Origin: Phycisphaerae bacterium
GTDB taxonomy: Bacteria; Planctomycetota; Phycisphaerae; UBA1845; Fen-1342
Reading direction: 5' to 3'
Assembly: GCA_963675745.2 (NCBI GenBank)
Contig: CAXXWX010000023.1
Location: 128,001-192,000, forward strand
Length of the DNA stretch: 64,000 bases
A model generated the notes under the pieces. It saw nothing but the letters and a program-made list of their open reading frames with translations. It searched no databases and was not told the DNA's origin. Both the position numbers and the translations under genes were made by a program. This document shows, piece after piece, positions 1-10,768 of this stretch (its first letter is position 1; every line of letters begins with the position of its first letter).

Positions 1-1
1 G

Positions 2-2878
2 TGGCTGTCACTGGACAGTCTGCGCCAGGCGGCACGTCACGCAAACGTTCCCGCGGCGGTTAGCGACCTGCTCGGAAGATTCAACGTGCAGGGCAAACTG
101 CGGCTTGATCGCATGGTCCTGAATGACTGGCACCTGACCGGCGCCCAGGTGACGCTCAGCGAATTGCGCGGCTCCGTCCCCGTGGAGGATGACGAATCTT
201 ACAGTCGTGATGGGGCGCCGGCCGACCGCTATCTGGTGTTTGACGGAGGCGCCGGCCAACTCAGCCTCACCGACCATGCACTCACCGGCGAGCTTCACGC
301 CCGCCTGCACGACGCGGCCGCCACGGTCACGCTGCGCGCCACGGCACCGGCGGGACCGCTGCGCCTGAACGCCGAGTCGCTCGACCGCTGGTTGGTCAAC
401 CTGGAATTCACGGCGCGCGAGATTACGCTGCCGACGCTCGCCTCGCACCCCGCGTTCGTCAGGTCCCCGCGTCTGCCCGATCCGGTACGGGCCTTCTTCA
501 AGGACTATCAGCCGGATGGGCAGTTGAACGTAGTGGTGCGAGCCGAAAGGGCGCCGGGCCTGTCGTGGGATGTCAGCGGGAGCATAGAAGGGCTCGGGGC
601 CACCTGTCGCTATTATCGCTTCCCATACACAATGACCGACGCGCGCGGCATGGTTCGCTTCAAGAACAACCACGTATGGCTCGACGGCCTGCGGGCGCGG
701 CACGGCAGCGGCACAATCCACGGCGACGGGCGCCTGGATGAGCCGCGCCACTGGACCGGGTTTGCCCTGCGCTTTCGGGCGACGAATGTTCCACTTGACG
801 GCGAGTTGTACGCGGCATTGCCGGCCGAATACCGCAGGCTATGGGACCAGACCCACCCAATCGGCCTCGCCGACATAGACGTATCTCTCACGCGGCCGTC
901 CAGCACGCGGGCCGCGGGCGCCAAGCCGACATCCACGGACGTGTCGGCGCGTTTGATGCTGGGAAGTGTCGCGCTTGATGAGCGGCGCATCGGGCCCGCC
1001 GAGGGATTGGTGACGATCAAGGAGGGGGTGATCGACGTTCGTGATCTGCGCGGCATGTATTCCGGCGCGACGGCCCAACTCGACGGGCGATTGCACGCCT
1101 CGACCGCGGGCGACGGTGAAGCATGGCAGTTCTCACTGGGCAACCTGACGGTGAGTCAGACGACCAGCCTCGGCGCCGCCGGCGACACCGCGACAGACGA
1201 GCCAATCGGACTGCGGTTCGACGGCGCTGTGGATGTCTGGGGGCAGGCCTGGTCGTCCGCCTCGCCTGACGGGCTTGAGAACCACGTGGCGGCCCGCGTG
1301 CTGGATGGCCGCCTCGATTCGTTCGCCCAGGATGAAAGCTGGCACGTCACGGATGGTTGGCTCAACACGCAAGCGGGTCGCTCGCAGATCGTCGGTGTAA
1401 GTTGCACCAGCGACGCCGGCTCATTGACGGCCAGTGGCGAGATCGGCCCGGACACTGGGGATCGAGATCTCCGCCTGCGCCTGAACGCCCGGGCAAATTC
1501 CATGGGACAACTGCTGCGTCAGCTTGTTCCGCCGCGCTGGGCCCGCGTCACCGACCGCCTGGGCCTGGCCGGAGCTGGGGAAATGACGGTTAGCATCGGG
1601 CGCGACTCGGCGGCGGATCCCAATCAGTTGGCCTCGATCGACATCACCGCCGACAAGATGCGTCCGCAGCCGTTTCCGCTCGACTTTCGGAATGTCCGCG
1701 GACGGGTCGTCCTTGACGCCGACGGTTTCCAACTGGAAGAGACGCACGCCGCGTTCGGCGGCGACGCGCATGTGGTCATGGGTGGCGAGGGCCGCTGGGG
1801 CGTTCCCGGCGCAGAATCGCGCTTGACCATCAACGCGCGCCACGTGCCGATCAACGATGAGCTGATCGCCGCCATGCCGGAGGGCCTGCGGGATCTGCTG
1901 CGCAGGCTGAGTCCCACCGGCACGCTCAGTGCGGCGCTGGATGAGTTCGCCATTTCGATGACGGGCGATCGCCGCTGGGAGGTACATGGCACGCTGTCGT
2001 TCGAGGCGGCCGAACTCGATCTCGGGCTCGAGCTGACTGACTTCTCGGGGCAACTGCGCGCCGCGCGGCCGCGCGGCGTGGTTGTGACCGGCAACCAGGT
2101 TAATCTGGACTCCGATTTCCAACTGGATGCGGCCATGCTGGCCGGCCGCCCGTTGCGCGACTGTGAGGGACGCCTGTACGTGGTGCCCGGAGATCCGCGC
2201 GTTCACATCGAGGACGTGAGCGGCCTGTTGTGCGGCGGCGAGCTGCGTGGCTTTGGCGCTATCAATACGCGGACCGGCGAGCACGAGATCTCCGTAAGGC
2301 TGCGGAATATCGTCCTCGAGCAGTTCCTGCTGCGCGACGGGGATGATGCGCTGAGCGCGGCGGCGCCCGGGCCGAGTGGGGTCGACGCCCGGCTCGACGG
2401 GCACGTGTTCGTGCGGGGTACTGGGAGGAACGCCGGTAGTCGGCGCGGCGGCGGGGCGCTTACGATTCGCCACGCGGCCACCGCCCGGACACCCATTCTG
2501 GCGTCACTGGCCGAGGCCGGCCGGCGCACGCAGCGCGGGTTGGGCAGCCGAGCGGAGCGGATCGAATTGCGGTTTGACTGGGAGGGCTCGATCTTCTTCA
2601 TCAAATGGGTGGGCATTGAGATGGGTGGCACGCGACTCGAAGGTCAAGGTCGCTGGCACACGCGCACGGGAGCGATCGACCTTACGCTCGTCGCCGCCCC
2701 GCCCGACCTTCCCGACACGCCGATTCTCGATCTGATCAATATCGCGCGCGAAGACCTGGTTCAATACCGCGTGACCGGGACGGTCGATGAGCCGCGCGTG
2801 ACGCTGCAACCGCTGCACAATGTGACTGACGCGTTGCGCGAGGCGCTCAGCGCCGGCGGTCGCCGATCGCCGCGCTGA
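2..2878 (+). CDS. AsmA-like/translocation-assembly-type envelope protein, 5'-partial
   Basis: The frame is open from base 2. Repeated beta-rich segments and a C-terminal 'QYRVTGTVDEPRV' end typical of AsmA-like C-terminal regions. Confidence 0.65.
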   Translation, partial: WLSLDSLRQAARHANVPAAVSDLLGRFNVQGKLRLDRMVLNDWHLTGAQVTLSELRGSVPVEDDESYSRDGAPADRYLVFDGGAGQLSLTDHALTGELHARLHDAAATVTLRATAPAGPLRLNAESLDRWLVNLEFTAREITLPTLASHPAFVRSPRLPDPVRAFFKDYQPDGQLNVVVRAERAPGLSWDVSGSIEGLGATCRYYRFPYTMTDARGMVRFKNNHVWLDGLRARHGSGTIHGDGRLDEPRHWTGFALRFRATNVPLDGELYAALPAEYRRLWDQTHPIGLADIDVSLTRPSSTRAAGAKPTSTDVSARLMLGSVALDERRIGPAEGLVTIKEGVIDVRDLRGMYSGATAQLDGRLHASTAGDGEAWQFSLGNLTVSQTTSLGAAGDTATDEPIGLRFDGAVDVWGQAWSSASPDGLENHVAARVLDGRLDSFAQDESWHVTDGWLNTQAGRSQIVGVSCTSDAGSLTASGEIGPDTGDRDLRLRLNARANSMGQLLRQLVPPRWARVTDRLGLAGAGEMTVSIGRDSAADPNQLASIDITADKMRPQPFPLDFRNVRGRVVLDADGFQLEETHAAFGGDAHVVMGGEGRWGVPGAESRLTINARHVPINDELIAAMPEGLRDLLRRLSPTGTLSAALDEFAISMTGDRRWEVHGTLSFEAAELDLGLELTDFSGQLRAARPRGVVVTGNQVNLDSDFQLDAAMLAGRPLRDCEGRLYVVPGDPRVHIEDVSGLLCGGELRGFGAINTRTGEHEISVRLRNIVLEQFLLRDGDDALSAAAPGPSGVDARLDGHVFVRGTGRNAGSRRGGGALTIRHAATARTPILASLAEAGRRTQRGLGSRAERIELRFDWEGSIFFIKWVGIEMGGTRLEGQGRWHTRTGAIDLTLVAAPPDLPDTPILDLINIAREDLVQYRVTGTVDEPRVTLQPLHNVTDALREALSAGGRRSPR

Positions 2879-2949
2879 TTGGCCACAGGCGCGTCCCCGA
2901 CTCCCGCCCCCCGCGGTATCACAGCACTTCCAACAGTGAGCGGCCCCTG

Positions 2950-4638
2950 CTATTCGAGGTAGCCCAGATCGCTGAGGCGCTGCTGCAGGATGCGCTTCTC
3001 TTCCTCGCTGTAAACCTCGTCGTGCGCCTCGGCCTCTTTCTTGATGGGCGGCTCATGCTCGACGACGAGCTTGGTGGAGAAGGCTCCGTCGATGACATGA
3101 CCTTCCATGTCGGCCGGCACGCGCAGACCCAGCAGCGCCAGCAACGTCGGGGCCACGTCGCCGATGTCCGCCGAAACGCGCACGCCGGGAGCGACATGCG
3201 GGCCGCCAATCGCCAGCACCCCCTCCACGCGGTGCGTGCCCTCCAGGCGTTTCAGTGACGACCAGCGCACCAGCCGGCTGCCGCGGATCTTACGCACGAC
3301 CGCGAGCCCCGGTTGCGGCACGAGCATCAGGTCGGGCAAGTCCGGGCTGTCATCGCGACTGCAACCGTACAGCTCTTCGGTCTTGTGGACTTCCGTGAAT
3401 ATCTTGACTGACTTGCCACGCGCGTTGCGCGTCTCGGCGCTGAGAAAGCGGGCGATCAGGTCGTCGCGAATCCGCTCGTAGTCAGCCGGGTCCACGATCC
3501 CGTGTGGGCCGCGGCCTTTGAGGTTGAGGTACAGGAAACCATAAATGCCCGCGTGCATTACACAGGCCTTGGTGCGTGACCAATCCACCGCCAGGTCGGA
3601 CTCGATGCCACGATTGCCCTGCTCGAAGCGCGTCATCTTGCCTTTGGAGAGGCGGTACAGCCAGTGGCGCGCGCGCGTCGCCGCCCGCTGTAGCGGGCTG
3701 TCGAGCGACAGGTAGCCCCAGCGGTGCAGCAGCAGATTCGCCTGGGCCTTTCCGTCGAGACTGCCATGCCCGTGGTCGGACATGATCAGCACGCCGGCTT
3801 CGCGCTGCTCGGCATACTTGAAAAACTTGAGCAACACGTCATCGAGGCGGCTGAAACACGCCGCGGCCATCTCCGCCTGCCGCGGGTAGTTCTTGTTGAA
3901 ACGCGGGTCCAGATACTTCCACGCCTTGTGCTGCAGGTTATCGACCAGCTTGAACATGACCATCAACACATCCCAGCCGTAGCGTTCGCCGCAGTAGCGC
4001 GCCAGATCCCAGCCCTGGTCAAAGCTGTTGGATATGTAGTCGAGGTTGGTGGCCAGCACGTCCTGCCCGCCGAGCGCCTTGCGCTGCCAGTTCGTGCGAT
4101 AGTTGTAATGCGGCAGGACGTCGAAAATCTCCTGCTTCAGTTCACGCGGATAGGTGAATTCCGCGTCGATGCTGGGGGTCTCAAAGCCGCTGATCATGAA
4201 GCCGTTGACCGGATGGGGTGGATAGGTCATCGGCACGTTGATGCTGCCGACGCGCAGCCCCTTGTCGCTGAGTATCTGCCAGATGGTTTTTTCGCGAATC
4301 TCATAGGTGCTGTTGAACGAGAGCTGTCCGTCCGCGACGCTGTACTTCTCGAAGTCGATGATGCCGTGGCGTCCGGGCCCCTTGCCGGTCATGAAGGTCG
4401 TCCAGGCGGCCGGTGTGATCGGCGGCATCGTCGAGCGCAGCACGCCCGCCGCGCCGTTGGCCACAAAACGCTTCAGGTTTGGCATACGGCCGGACTCCAT
4501 CATCGGGTCCAGCACGTCAAACGTGGCGCCGTCGAGCCCCAGAATCAAAACCCGTTTGAGAATCGGCTTGAGCGGCCGAGGTGCGGATGCCTCCGGCATG
4601 GCCTGGGGTGCCCGCACCGCCGCGGTTGTCTCACTCAT
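2950..4638 (-). CDS. Alkaline phosphatase superfamily protein (nucleotide pyrophosphatase/phosphodiesterase type) with C-terminal RLxxLGY tail
   Basis: Motifs ILGLDGAT, PPITPAAW (Thr nucleophile), MSDHGHG and GTHR, ending in QQRLSDLGYLE. ATG at 4638 has GAGGT upstream. Confidence 0.85.
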   Translation of the reverse strand: MSETTAAVRAPQAMPEASAPRPLKPILKRVLILGLDGATFDVLDPMMESGRMPNLKRFVANGAAGVLRSTMPPITPAAWTTFMTGKGPGRHGIIDFEKYSVADGQLSFNSTYEIREKTIWQILSDKGLRVGSINVPMTYPPHPVNGFMISGFETPSIDAEFTYPRELKQEIFDVLPHYNYRTNWQRKALGGQDVLATNLDYISNSFDQGWDLARYCGERYGWDVLMVMFKLVDNLQHKAWKYLDPRFNKNYPRQAEMAAACFSRLDDVLLKFFKYAEQREAGVLIMSDHGHGSLDGKAQANLLLHRWGYLSLDSPLQRAATRARHWLYRLSKGKMTRFEQGNRGIESDLAVDWSRTKACVMHAGIYGFLYLNLKGRGPHGIVDPADYERIRDDLIARFLSAETRNARGKSVKIFTEVHKTEELYGCSRDDSPDLPDLMLVPQPGLAVVRKIRGSRLVRWSSLKRLEGTHRVEGVLAIGGPHVAPGVRVSADIGDVAPTLLALLGLRVPADMEGHVIDGAFSTKLVVEHEPPIKKEAEAHDEVYSEEEKRILQQRLSDLGYLE

Positions 4639-4713
4639 TTCGCTCACCTCGCTGCACAACCGCGCTGCCGGCCGAATCCCGCCACCGCCGGCACGCGGTC
4701 AGGTTGATGTGTG

Positions 4714-4742
4714 AGTATACGCCTCCTCGTTGTTTCTGTCAT
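4714..4742 (-). promoter_or_regulatory. Putative sigma70 promoter for the phosphodiesterase gene
   Basis: On the minus strand, ATGACA-17 nt-TATACT. Confidence 0.5.
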
Positions 4743-4883
4743 GCGCCGCCCGATTCGACCGCAAACCGGGCGCGGGCGAGATGTAGCGGCCACGACCTTA
4801 CTTCCCGGGCTCTTTGCGGATAACATCAGCGGATAAGCAGATCCCCCTGATCGGCTGACTTCCTGGTCGCGAGGTGGCTGGCC

Positions 4884-5303
4884 ATGCCCCGCAATTTCGG
4901 TGACGACTCGCACGTTGATGACTGGTCGCGGAGCATCCACGACATGATCGAGGAGATGCACAACCGCACCTTCTTCCAGTTTCGCGACGCCCGCGCCTGG
5001 CAACCCGCCACCAACGTCTACGAAGGCGAACAGGCCTACTTTATCTGCGTTGACCTGGCCGGTATCGAGGAAAACCAGGTCAGTGTGGAGTGCATCGAGG
5101 ATCGACTGGTCGTCATTACCGGCGCGCGCCGCAAACCCCGCCCCGATCAGCACGACGGACCGCTGAGCGTGCTGGTCATGGAGATCGACGAAGGGCCGTT
5201 CCGCCGCCAGATCGAGTTGCCGGACCTTGTTGACGGTGGCGCTGTCGAAGCTGCTTACCGCAAGGGATACCTATGGATTCATCTGCCAAAGAAGAAAGCG
5301 TAG
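4884..5303 (+). CDS. Hsp20/alpha-crystallin small heat shock protein
   Basis: WQPATNVYE...VDLAG...EIDEGPFRRQIELP...AAYRKGYLWIHLPK. GAGGT RBS. Confidence 0.9.
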   Translation: MPRNFGDDSHVDDWSRSIHDMIEEMHNRTFFQFRDARAWQPATNVYEGEQAYFICVDLAGIEENQVSVECIEDRLVVITGARRKPRPDQHDGPLSVLVMEIDEGPFRRQIELPDLVDGGAVEAAYRKGYLWIHLPKKKA

Positions 5304-7867
5304 GACAGGCCGAGAGGCCCGATACCGGCAACGAAGACGCCGAGGCGCACGACTCCCTGTCGGAAGACGATGGGCAGGCCGGTATCAAGCGCGTCCCGCA
5401 TGAAATCGCCGTGCTGCCCGTACGCCGGGTGGTCATTTTCCCAGGGACAATCGTCCCGCTGACCATCGGGCGCGAGAAGTCCAAACGCCTGATTGATGCG
5501 GTGCTAGCCGGCGAGAAGCTCGTGGCCGTGTTCACGCAGCGCGACGAGTCTGTCGAGGATCCCGGAATCGAGGACGTCTATCGCGTCGGTACGATCGCGC
5601 GCGTGCTCAAGCTGCTGCAAATGCCCGATGGCAGCCACAGCCTGCTGGTACACGGCGTCTCCCGCATCGGACTGGAGAGATTCGTCGAGACCGAGCCCTA
5701 CTGGAAAGCGATAGTCAACCCGCACCAGGACGACCCGGGCACCTCGCTGGAAACCGAAGCACTGGCGCACAGCGCACGCCGCAGCGCTGAGCAAGTCATC
5801 GAACTGAGCCAGAACGTGCCTGATGAAGCGCGCACCATGCTGGCCAACATCGACAAACCCGGCCCCCTGGCCGATTTCCTGGCCGCCAATCTCTCGCTCG
5901 GCCTGGTTCAAAAGCAGGAGCTGCTCGAGACTTTCGATATCGCCGACCGGCTGCGCAAGGTCAACGTCACGCTCAACAACCAGCTCGAGGTTCTCCAGCT
6001 TTCAAACAAGATCCAGACGGACGTACGCCAGCAGATCGACAGCACTCAACGTAAGTACTTCCTCCACGAACAGCTCAAGGCCATTCAGAAGGAGCTCGGC
6101 GAGGACGACGGCCAGCAACAACAAATGGCCGAGCTCCGCAAGCGCATTGACGCCGCCGCCATGCCCGAGGTTGTGCTCAAGGAGGCCAATCGCGAGCTCG
6201 ATCGGCTCCAGCGCATCTCGCAGAACTCGCCCGAGCACGGGGTCATACGCGATTACCTCGATTGGCTCTGTGACATGCCCTGGCAGCACGAAACCAAGGA
6301 CAAGCTCGACCTGGCCCGCGCCGAACGCATCCTCGACGAGGACCACTACGGACTCGAGAAGATCAAACGCCGCATCCTCGAGTATCTGGCGGTTCGCAAG
6401 CTCAAGCCCGACGGCAAAGGACCGATCCTGTGCTTTCACGGCCCGCCCGGCGTCGGCAAAACCTCACTCGGTAAGAGCATCGCGCGCGCGCTCGGCCGCA
6501 AGTTCATCCGGATCGCGCTCGGCGGCGTGCGCGACGAGGCCGACATCCGCGGGCACCGCCGCACGTACATCGGCGCGATTCCCGGACGCATCGTCCAGGA
6601 GATTCGCAAGGCCGGCTCGCGCAATCCCGTCGTGATGCTCGACGAACTCGATAAACTCGGCGCGGACTTCCGTGGCGACCCGGCATCGGCGCTGCTTGAA
6701 GTGCTCGACCCCGAGCAGAATCACACATTCACCGATCACTACCTCAGCGTGCCCTTCGATCTCTCGCACGTGCTCTTCATCGGGACCGCCAATTACATGG
6801 ACCCGGTCGCGCCGGCGCTGTTGGACCGCATGGAAATCCTGGGGCTGGCCGGCTATACCACCGCCGAAAAGATGGAGATTGCCAAGCGCTACCTCGTCAA
6901 GCGCCAGCTCGATCAGAATGGTCTGACCGGGCGTAAGATCAAATTCGAGGACGACTCCATTCGCACGATCATCGAGAACCACACGCGTGAGGCCGGCGTG
7001 CGTAATCTCGAACGTCTCATCGGCTCCGTCTGCCGCGGCATAGCCGCCAAGGTCGCCCGTAAAACGCGCATCTCTAAGGTCGTGCGCCCCGAAGACCTTC
7101 AGCAGTACCTCGGAGCGCAGCGCTTTGAGCGCGAGACCGCCCTCGATGATGCGCCGGCCGGCGTGGCAACCGGCCTGGCCTACACACCCGTGGGCGGCGA
7201 TTTGATCTTCATCGAGGCCCTCGCCATGCCCGGGCGCGGCGGCTTCCAGCTCACCGGCCAGATTGGCGATGTCATGCGCGAGTCGGCCCAGGCCGCCCTC
7301 TCGCTCGTGCGCTCGCGGGCCGCACGGTGGGGCATATCGCTCGAAAACCTGCCCGACGTTGACCTGCACGTACACGTACCGGCCGGTGGAATACCGAAGG
7401 ATGGACCGTCCGCGGGCGTGGCCATCGTCAGCGCGCTTTTGTCACTCATCCTCGACACTCCCGTGCGGCGGCGCCTCGGCATGACCGGCGAAATCACACT
7501 GAGTGGGCGCGTCTTGCCGATCGGCGGGCTGAAGGAAAAGCTCCTGGCCGCTCACCGCGCCGGATTGGACACGATCATCCTGCCGGATCGAAATCAGCCG
7601 GACCTCGACGAGGTTCCCCAGGATGTACGCGACGACCTCAAGCTCATCTTTGCCAAACGGATCGAAGATGTGATCGAGGTGGCGTTGCCGGAGGCACTCG
7701 CCGTGGGTAAACCCAAACCTCGGCGCGGGACAATAAAGGCCAAACGCGGTCGCGCCGCGACCAGGAAGGCCGCCGCTGCCAAGCGCGGCAAGACCAGGAA
7801 GGCGGCGAAAAGCAAGAAAACCGCCCGGAAAACGAAGGCCCGCCGCACCAAGGCCGTGGCGCGTTGA
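5273..7867 (+). CDS. lon: ATP-dependent Lon protease with basic C-terminal tail
   Basis: LON N-domain, Walker A GPPGVGKT, RGHRRTYIGA, catalytic PKDGPSAG and GGLKEK. Confidence 0.97.
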   Translation: MDSSAKEESVGQAERPDTGNEDAEAHDSLSEDDGQAGIKRVPHEIAVLPVRRVVIFPGTIVPLTIGREKSKRLIDAVLAGEKLVAVFTQRDESVEDPGIEDVYRVGTIARVLKLLQMPDGSHSLLVHGVSRIGLERFVETEPYWKAIVNPHQDDPGTSLETEALAHSARRSAEQVIELSQNVPDEARTMLANIDKPGPLADFLAANLSLGLVQKQELLETFDIADRLRKVNVTLNNQLEVLQLSNKIQTDVRQQIDSTQRKYFLHEQLKAIQKELGEDDGQQQQMAELRKRIDAAAMPEVVLKEANRELDRLQRISQNSPEHGVIRDYLDWLCDMPWQHETKDKLDLARAERILDEDHYGLEKIKRRILEYLAVRKLKPDGKGPILCFHGPPGVGKTSLGKSIARALGRKFIRIALGGVRDEADIRGHRRTYIGAIPGRIVQEIRKAGSRNPVVMLDELDKLGADFRGDPASALLEVLDPEQNHTFTDHYLSVPFDLSHVLFIGTANYMDPVAPALLDRMEILGLAGYTTAEKMEIAKRYLVKRQLDQNGLTGRKIKFEDDSIRTIIENHTREAGVRNLERLIGSVCRGIAAKVARKTRISKVVRPEDLQQYLGAQRFERETALDDAPAGVATGLAYTPVGGDLIFIEALAMPGRGGFQLTGQIGDVMRESAQAALSLVRSRAARWGISLENLPDVDLHVHVPAGGIPKDGPSAGVAIVSALLSLILDTPVRRRLGMTGEITLSGRVLPIGGLKEKLLAAHRAGLDTIILPDRNQPDLDEVPQDVRDDLKLIFAKRIEDVIEVALPEALAVGKPKPRRGTIKAKRGRAATRKAAAAKRGKTRKAAKSKKTARKTKARRTKAVAR

Positions 7868-7967
7868 AACCGCCCGCGCACGGCCATAACCGGGGCTGCC
7901 GGCCCGGTTCCGCTGATAAATACTGCTGGAGAGAGAACTTAACACTGCACCTCCCTGAGAAATCCGC

Positions 7968-7996
7968 TTGAACGCACCCCGCTGACACCTTAACAT
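7968..7996 (+). promoter_or_regulatory. Putative sigma70 promoter for the HU/IHF gene
   Basis: TTGAAC-17 nt-TAACAT. Confidence 0.45.
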
Positions 7997-8105
7997 GATG
8001 CTCTTGCACGCGTTAGGCATGGCGGCCGGGTGCCGTGCCTCGTGCTTCAACGACGAACCGACTCGGGAGAGCATCCGTCGGCGGGCGGAGCTCATACTGG
8101 GGAAG

Positions 8106-8459
8106 ATGATGACGACGATCACCAAGAAAGACTTGGTTGACCGCATCGCCGGTCGCACCAGCCAGCGGCGCGTTTTGGTTAAACAGGTTGTCCAGGCCTT
8201 TCTCGATGAGATCATCAACGAGTTAGGTCAAGGTAACCGCTTGGAGTTCAGAGACTTCGGCGTATTTGAAGTCAAAGCGCGCGCCGCACGCATCGCTCAA
8301 AACCCCAAGACGCTCGAGCGCGTCAACGTACCCGGTAAGCGCACCGTGAAATTCAAGGTTGGGCGCCTGATGAAGGAGCAGCTCGCAGGCGCGAGCGACT
8401 CGCTGAAAATTCCAGCCCCACCGGCCGTTGCCACTCCAGAGCAGAACGTCGGCTCCTAA
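8106..8459 (+). CDS. HU/IHF family DNA-binding protein
   Basis: TITKKDLV...LEFRDFGVFEV...AQNPKT...VKFKVG. Start moved to MMTTITKK. Confidence 0.93.
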   Translation: MMTTITKKDLVDRIAGRTSQRRVLVKQVVQAFLDEIINELGQGNRLEFRDFGVFEVKARAARIAQNPKTLERVNVPGKRTVKFKVGRLMKEQLAGASDSLKIPAPPAVATPEQNVGS

Positions 8460-8566
8460 CAGGTCGCGGCAGCGAGTGCATGGCAGTCCTGACGCAGCCG
8501 CATGCGGGCCTGCTATCTCCGCCTGACCGCCAACAACCAATCCAACTCATGAGGCAGCAGTAGCTT

Positions 8567-10744
8567 ATGAAGCGCGGCCGGCGCTCGAAGCACGATGGCC
8601 AAACCACCCCGGCGCCGCCCGGCGACCTTGGCCGCGAAGCACCGGGCGCGCCTCGCTGGAGTCGTGGACCGTGGTTGGCCGCCGCGCTGGCAACTGTCGC
8701 TTTTGTCCCCGCGCTGATGAACGATTTTACGTATGACGACATCCCCATCATTCGCGACAACATCCGCCTGCACGATCCAGCCAATATCCCGACATTGTGG
8801 TTGAGCGATTACTGGCGACCCGCCGGTGAAGATGCGCGCGTGCTCGACGCGCGGCGTGACCGGCTCTATCGCCCACTGGCGATGACCACCTATGCCCTCA
8901 ATCTCGCCCTGCACGGCGCGCGGCCCGCGGGCTTTCTGCTGGTCAATCTTCTTCTGCACGCGCTCGCCGCCGCGCTCGTCTGGCATGTCGCCCACCTGCT
9001 GCTCCATGATCGAGCGACCGCGACCTGCGCCGCACTGCTGTTCGCGCTGCACCCGATTCATGTCGAGGCCGTCGCCAATATTGTGGGCCGGGCGGAATTG
9101 CTCGGAGCCGTGGGCATGCTCGCCGGCCTGCTTGTGCTCTTGCGCGGGTCGCGCCCTCCCGGCATCCGCGCCGCGGTCGTCGCCAGCGCGCTGTTCTTCA
9201 TGGCACTGGCGTCGAAGGAGTCGGCCATCTGCTACCCGGTGGTCGCGCTGATCGCGCTGCTGGCCAGGGGCCACAGCGCTCGACCCGCAACCTGGTCACG
9301 GCGGATCACGCTCACGGCTGTTCTGCTCGTGCCCGTCGCGGTCTATCTCCCGCTGCGCTACGCCGCGCTCGGCGGACACCTGACGCGTATCGCACCGCCC
9401 AGTCACTACGGTAACCCGCTTACGGTGGCCACGCCGCTTCAGTGCTTCGTGGGTGTCTTCACAATAATCGGTAATTACGCGCGACTACTCGTGCTTCCCA
9501 ATCGCCTCAGTGCGGACTATGGCCTGGCGGTGATTGATCCGGCCGCCGGCGTAAACGCCATGACCATACTGGGAGCGCTGGTATCGCTTGCGACGCTCGT
9601 CGCGCTGCTCGGCATCTTCCGGCCCGGCCGACCCGTGCGGATCGTCGCGACGCTGGCCGCCATCTTCGTCGCCAGCTATGTCCTGATTTCCAACGCCTTC
9701 CTGACCATTGGCGTCACGCTCGCCGAGCGGTTGATGTACTGGCCATCTGTGCCCTTTTTGATGGTGGCGTCGGTGGGCATCATGGCGGCGTGGCGAAAGA
9801 TCAGTCGCGCAAACGAGGCGAAACCAGCCACCGCACGTCTCATCGGCGTTGCCGGCGTGGCGGTGCTGGCGGCGTTGGGGTTGCGCAGCTCGATCCGGGC
9901 AACGGACTGGCAGTCCAACCTGACGCTCTTCGAGACCGACGTCAGAACACACCCCCAGAGCATACACATCAACCTCAACCTCGCCGAAGCCCTGGTGAAC
10001 AAGCCCGCGCGCTCGGCCGAAGACTTGCGGCGTGCCGACGAGTGCATCGCACGCGCCCTCGAGATTTCGCCGCGAACGCTCGACGCGTTGCAACTCGGCG
10101 GCATTGTGGCGTACCTGCTGAAGGACAACGCCCGCGCCGCGCGTTACCTCGAGCTGGCCACGAGTCTCGGGCCGGTCGATGAGCTGTCGCAGGAAATACT
10201 CGCCGAAGTGCGCGGCGCCGCCGCCGAGGCGAACGACCGCATAACCGCTCTGCGCGCGCTGACGGCGCGCGATGCCGGAAACACCGCACTACACCTGGAA
10301 CTCGGCGAAGTACTGCTCAGCGTTGGGCGATACCGCGACGCGTTTGAGTCGGCCCAGACCGCCCAGCAACAGGATCCGGAAAGCCCGGCGGCCAACTGGC
10401 TACTGGCCCGCGCCGCTATCGGAACGGACCAAACGCCGCGCGCCGTGGCCGCGCTACGGCGGGTTGTTGCGGCCGATCCTGAAAACTGGCGGGCACACAC
10501 GCAGCTCGCGGTGCTGCTGCACATCGCCGCCCCGCGGCAGGCACTCGACCACGCGCGGATTGCACACCAGCTCGCCCCGGCCGAGCTGGAGACCAATCAA
10601 AACCTCGCGGAAGTGCTGGTCGCCAACGGTCGGATTGACGAGGCGATCGAGCGATTTCGGCTCATTGAGCGCGGTTTGCCGGAAGGTGATCCGCTGCGCG
10701 CCGCAGTCGCCGCGCGCATCGCAGACCTGGAACAAGACCGGTAG
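8567..10744 (+). CDS. TMTC-like GT-C membrane glycosyltransferase (putative protein O-mannosyltransferase) with TPR repeats
   Basis: FTYDD loop, YRPL, HPIHVEAVANIVGRAE, SKE, LSADY and AERLMY motifs, many TM helices, C-terminal TPRs. Confidence 0.85.
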   Translation: MKRGRRSKHDGQTTPAPPGDLGREAPGAPRWSRGPWLAAALATVAFVPALMNDFTYDDIPIIRDNIRLHDPANIPTLWLSDYWRPAGEDARVLDARRDRLYRPLAMTTYALNLALHGARPAGFLLVNLLLHALAAALVWHVAHLLLHDRATATCAALLFALHPIHVEAVANIVGRAELLGAVGMLAGLLVLLRGSRPPGIRAAVVASALFFMALASKESAICYPVVALIALLARGHSARPATWSRRITLTAVLLVPVAVYLPLRYAALGGHLTRIAPPSHYGNPLTVATPLQCFVGVFTIIGNYARLLVLPNRLSADYGLAVIDPAAGVNAMTILGALVSLATLVALLGIFRPGRPVRIVATLAAIFVASYVLISNAFLTIGVTLAERLMYWPSVPFLMVASVGIMAAWRKISRANEAKPATARLIGVAGVAVLAALGLRSSIRATDWQSNLTLFETDVRTHPQSIHINLNLAEALVNKPARSAEDLRRADECIARALEISPRTLDALQLGGIVAYLLKDNARAARYLELATSLGPVDELSQEILAEVRGAAAEANDRITALRALTARDAGNTALHLELGEVLLSVGRYRDAFESAQTAQQQDPESPAANWLLARAAIGTDQTPRAVAALRRVVAADPENWRAHTQLAVLLHIAAPRQALDHARIAHQLAPAELETNQNLAEVLVANGRIDEAIERFRLIERGLPEGDPLRAAVAARIADLEQDR

Positions 10745-10768
10745 GGCCGAGCTTGCCGTGCCTGACCG

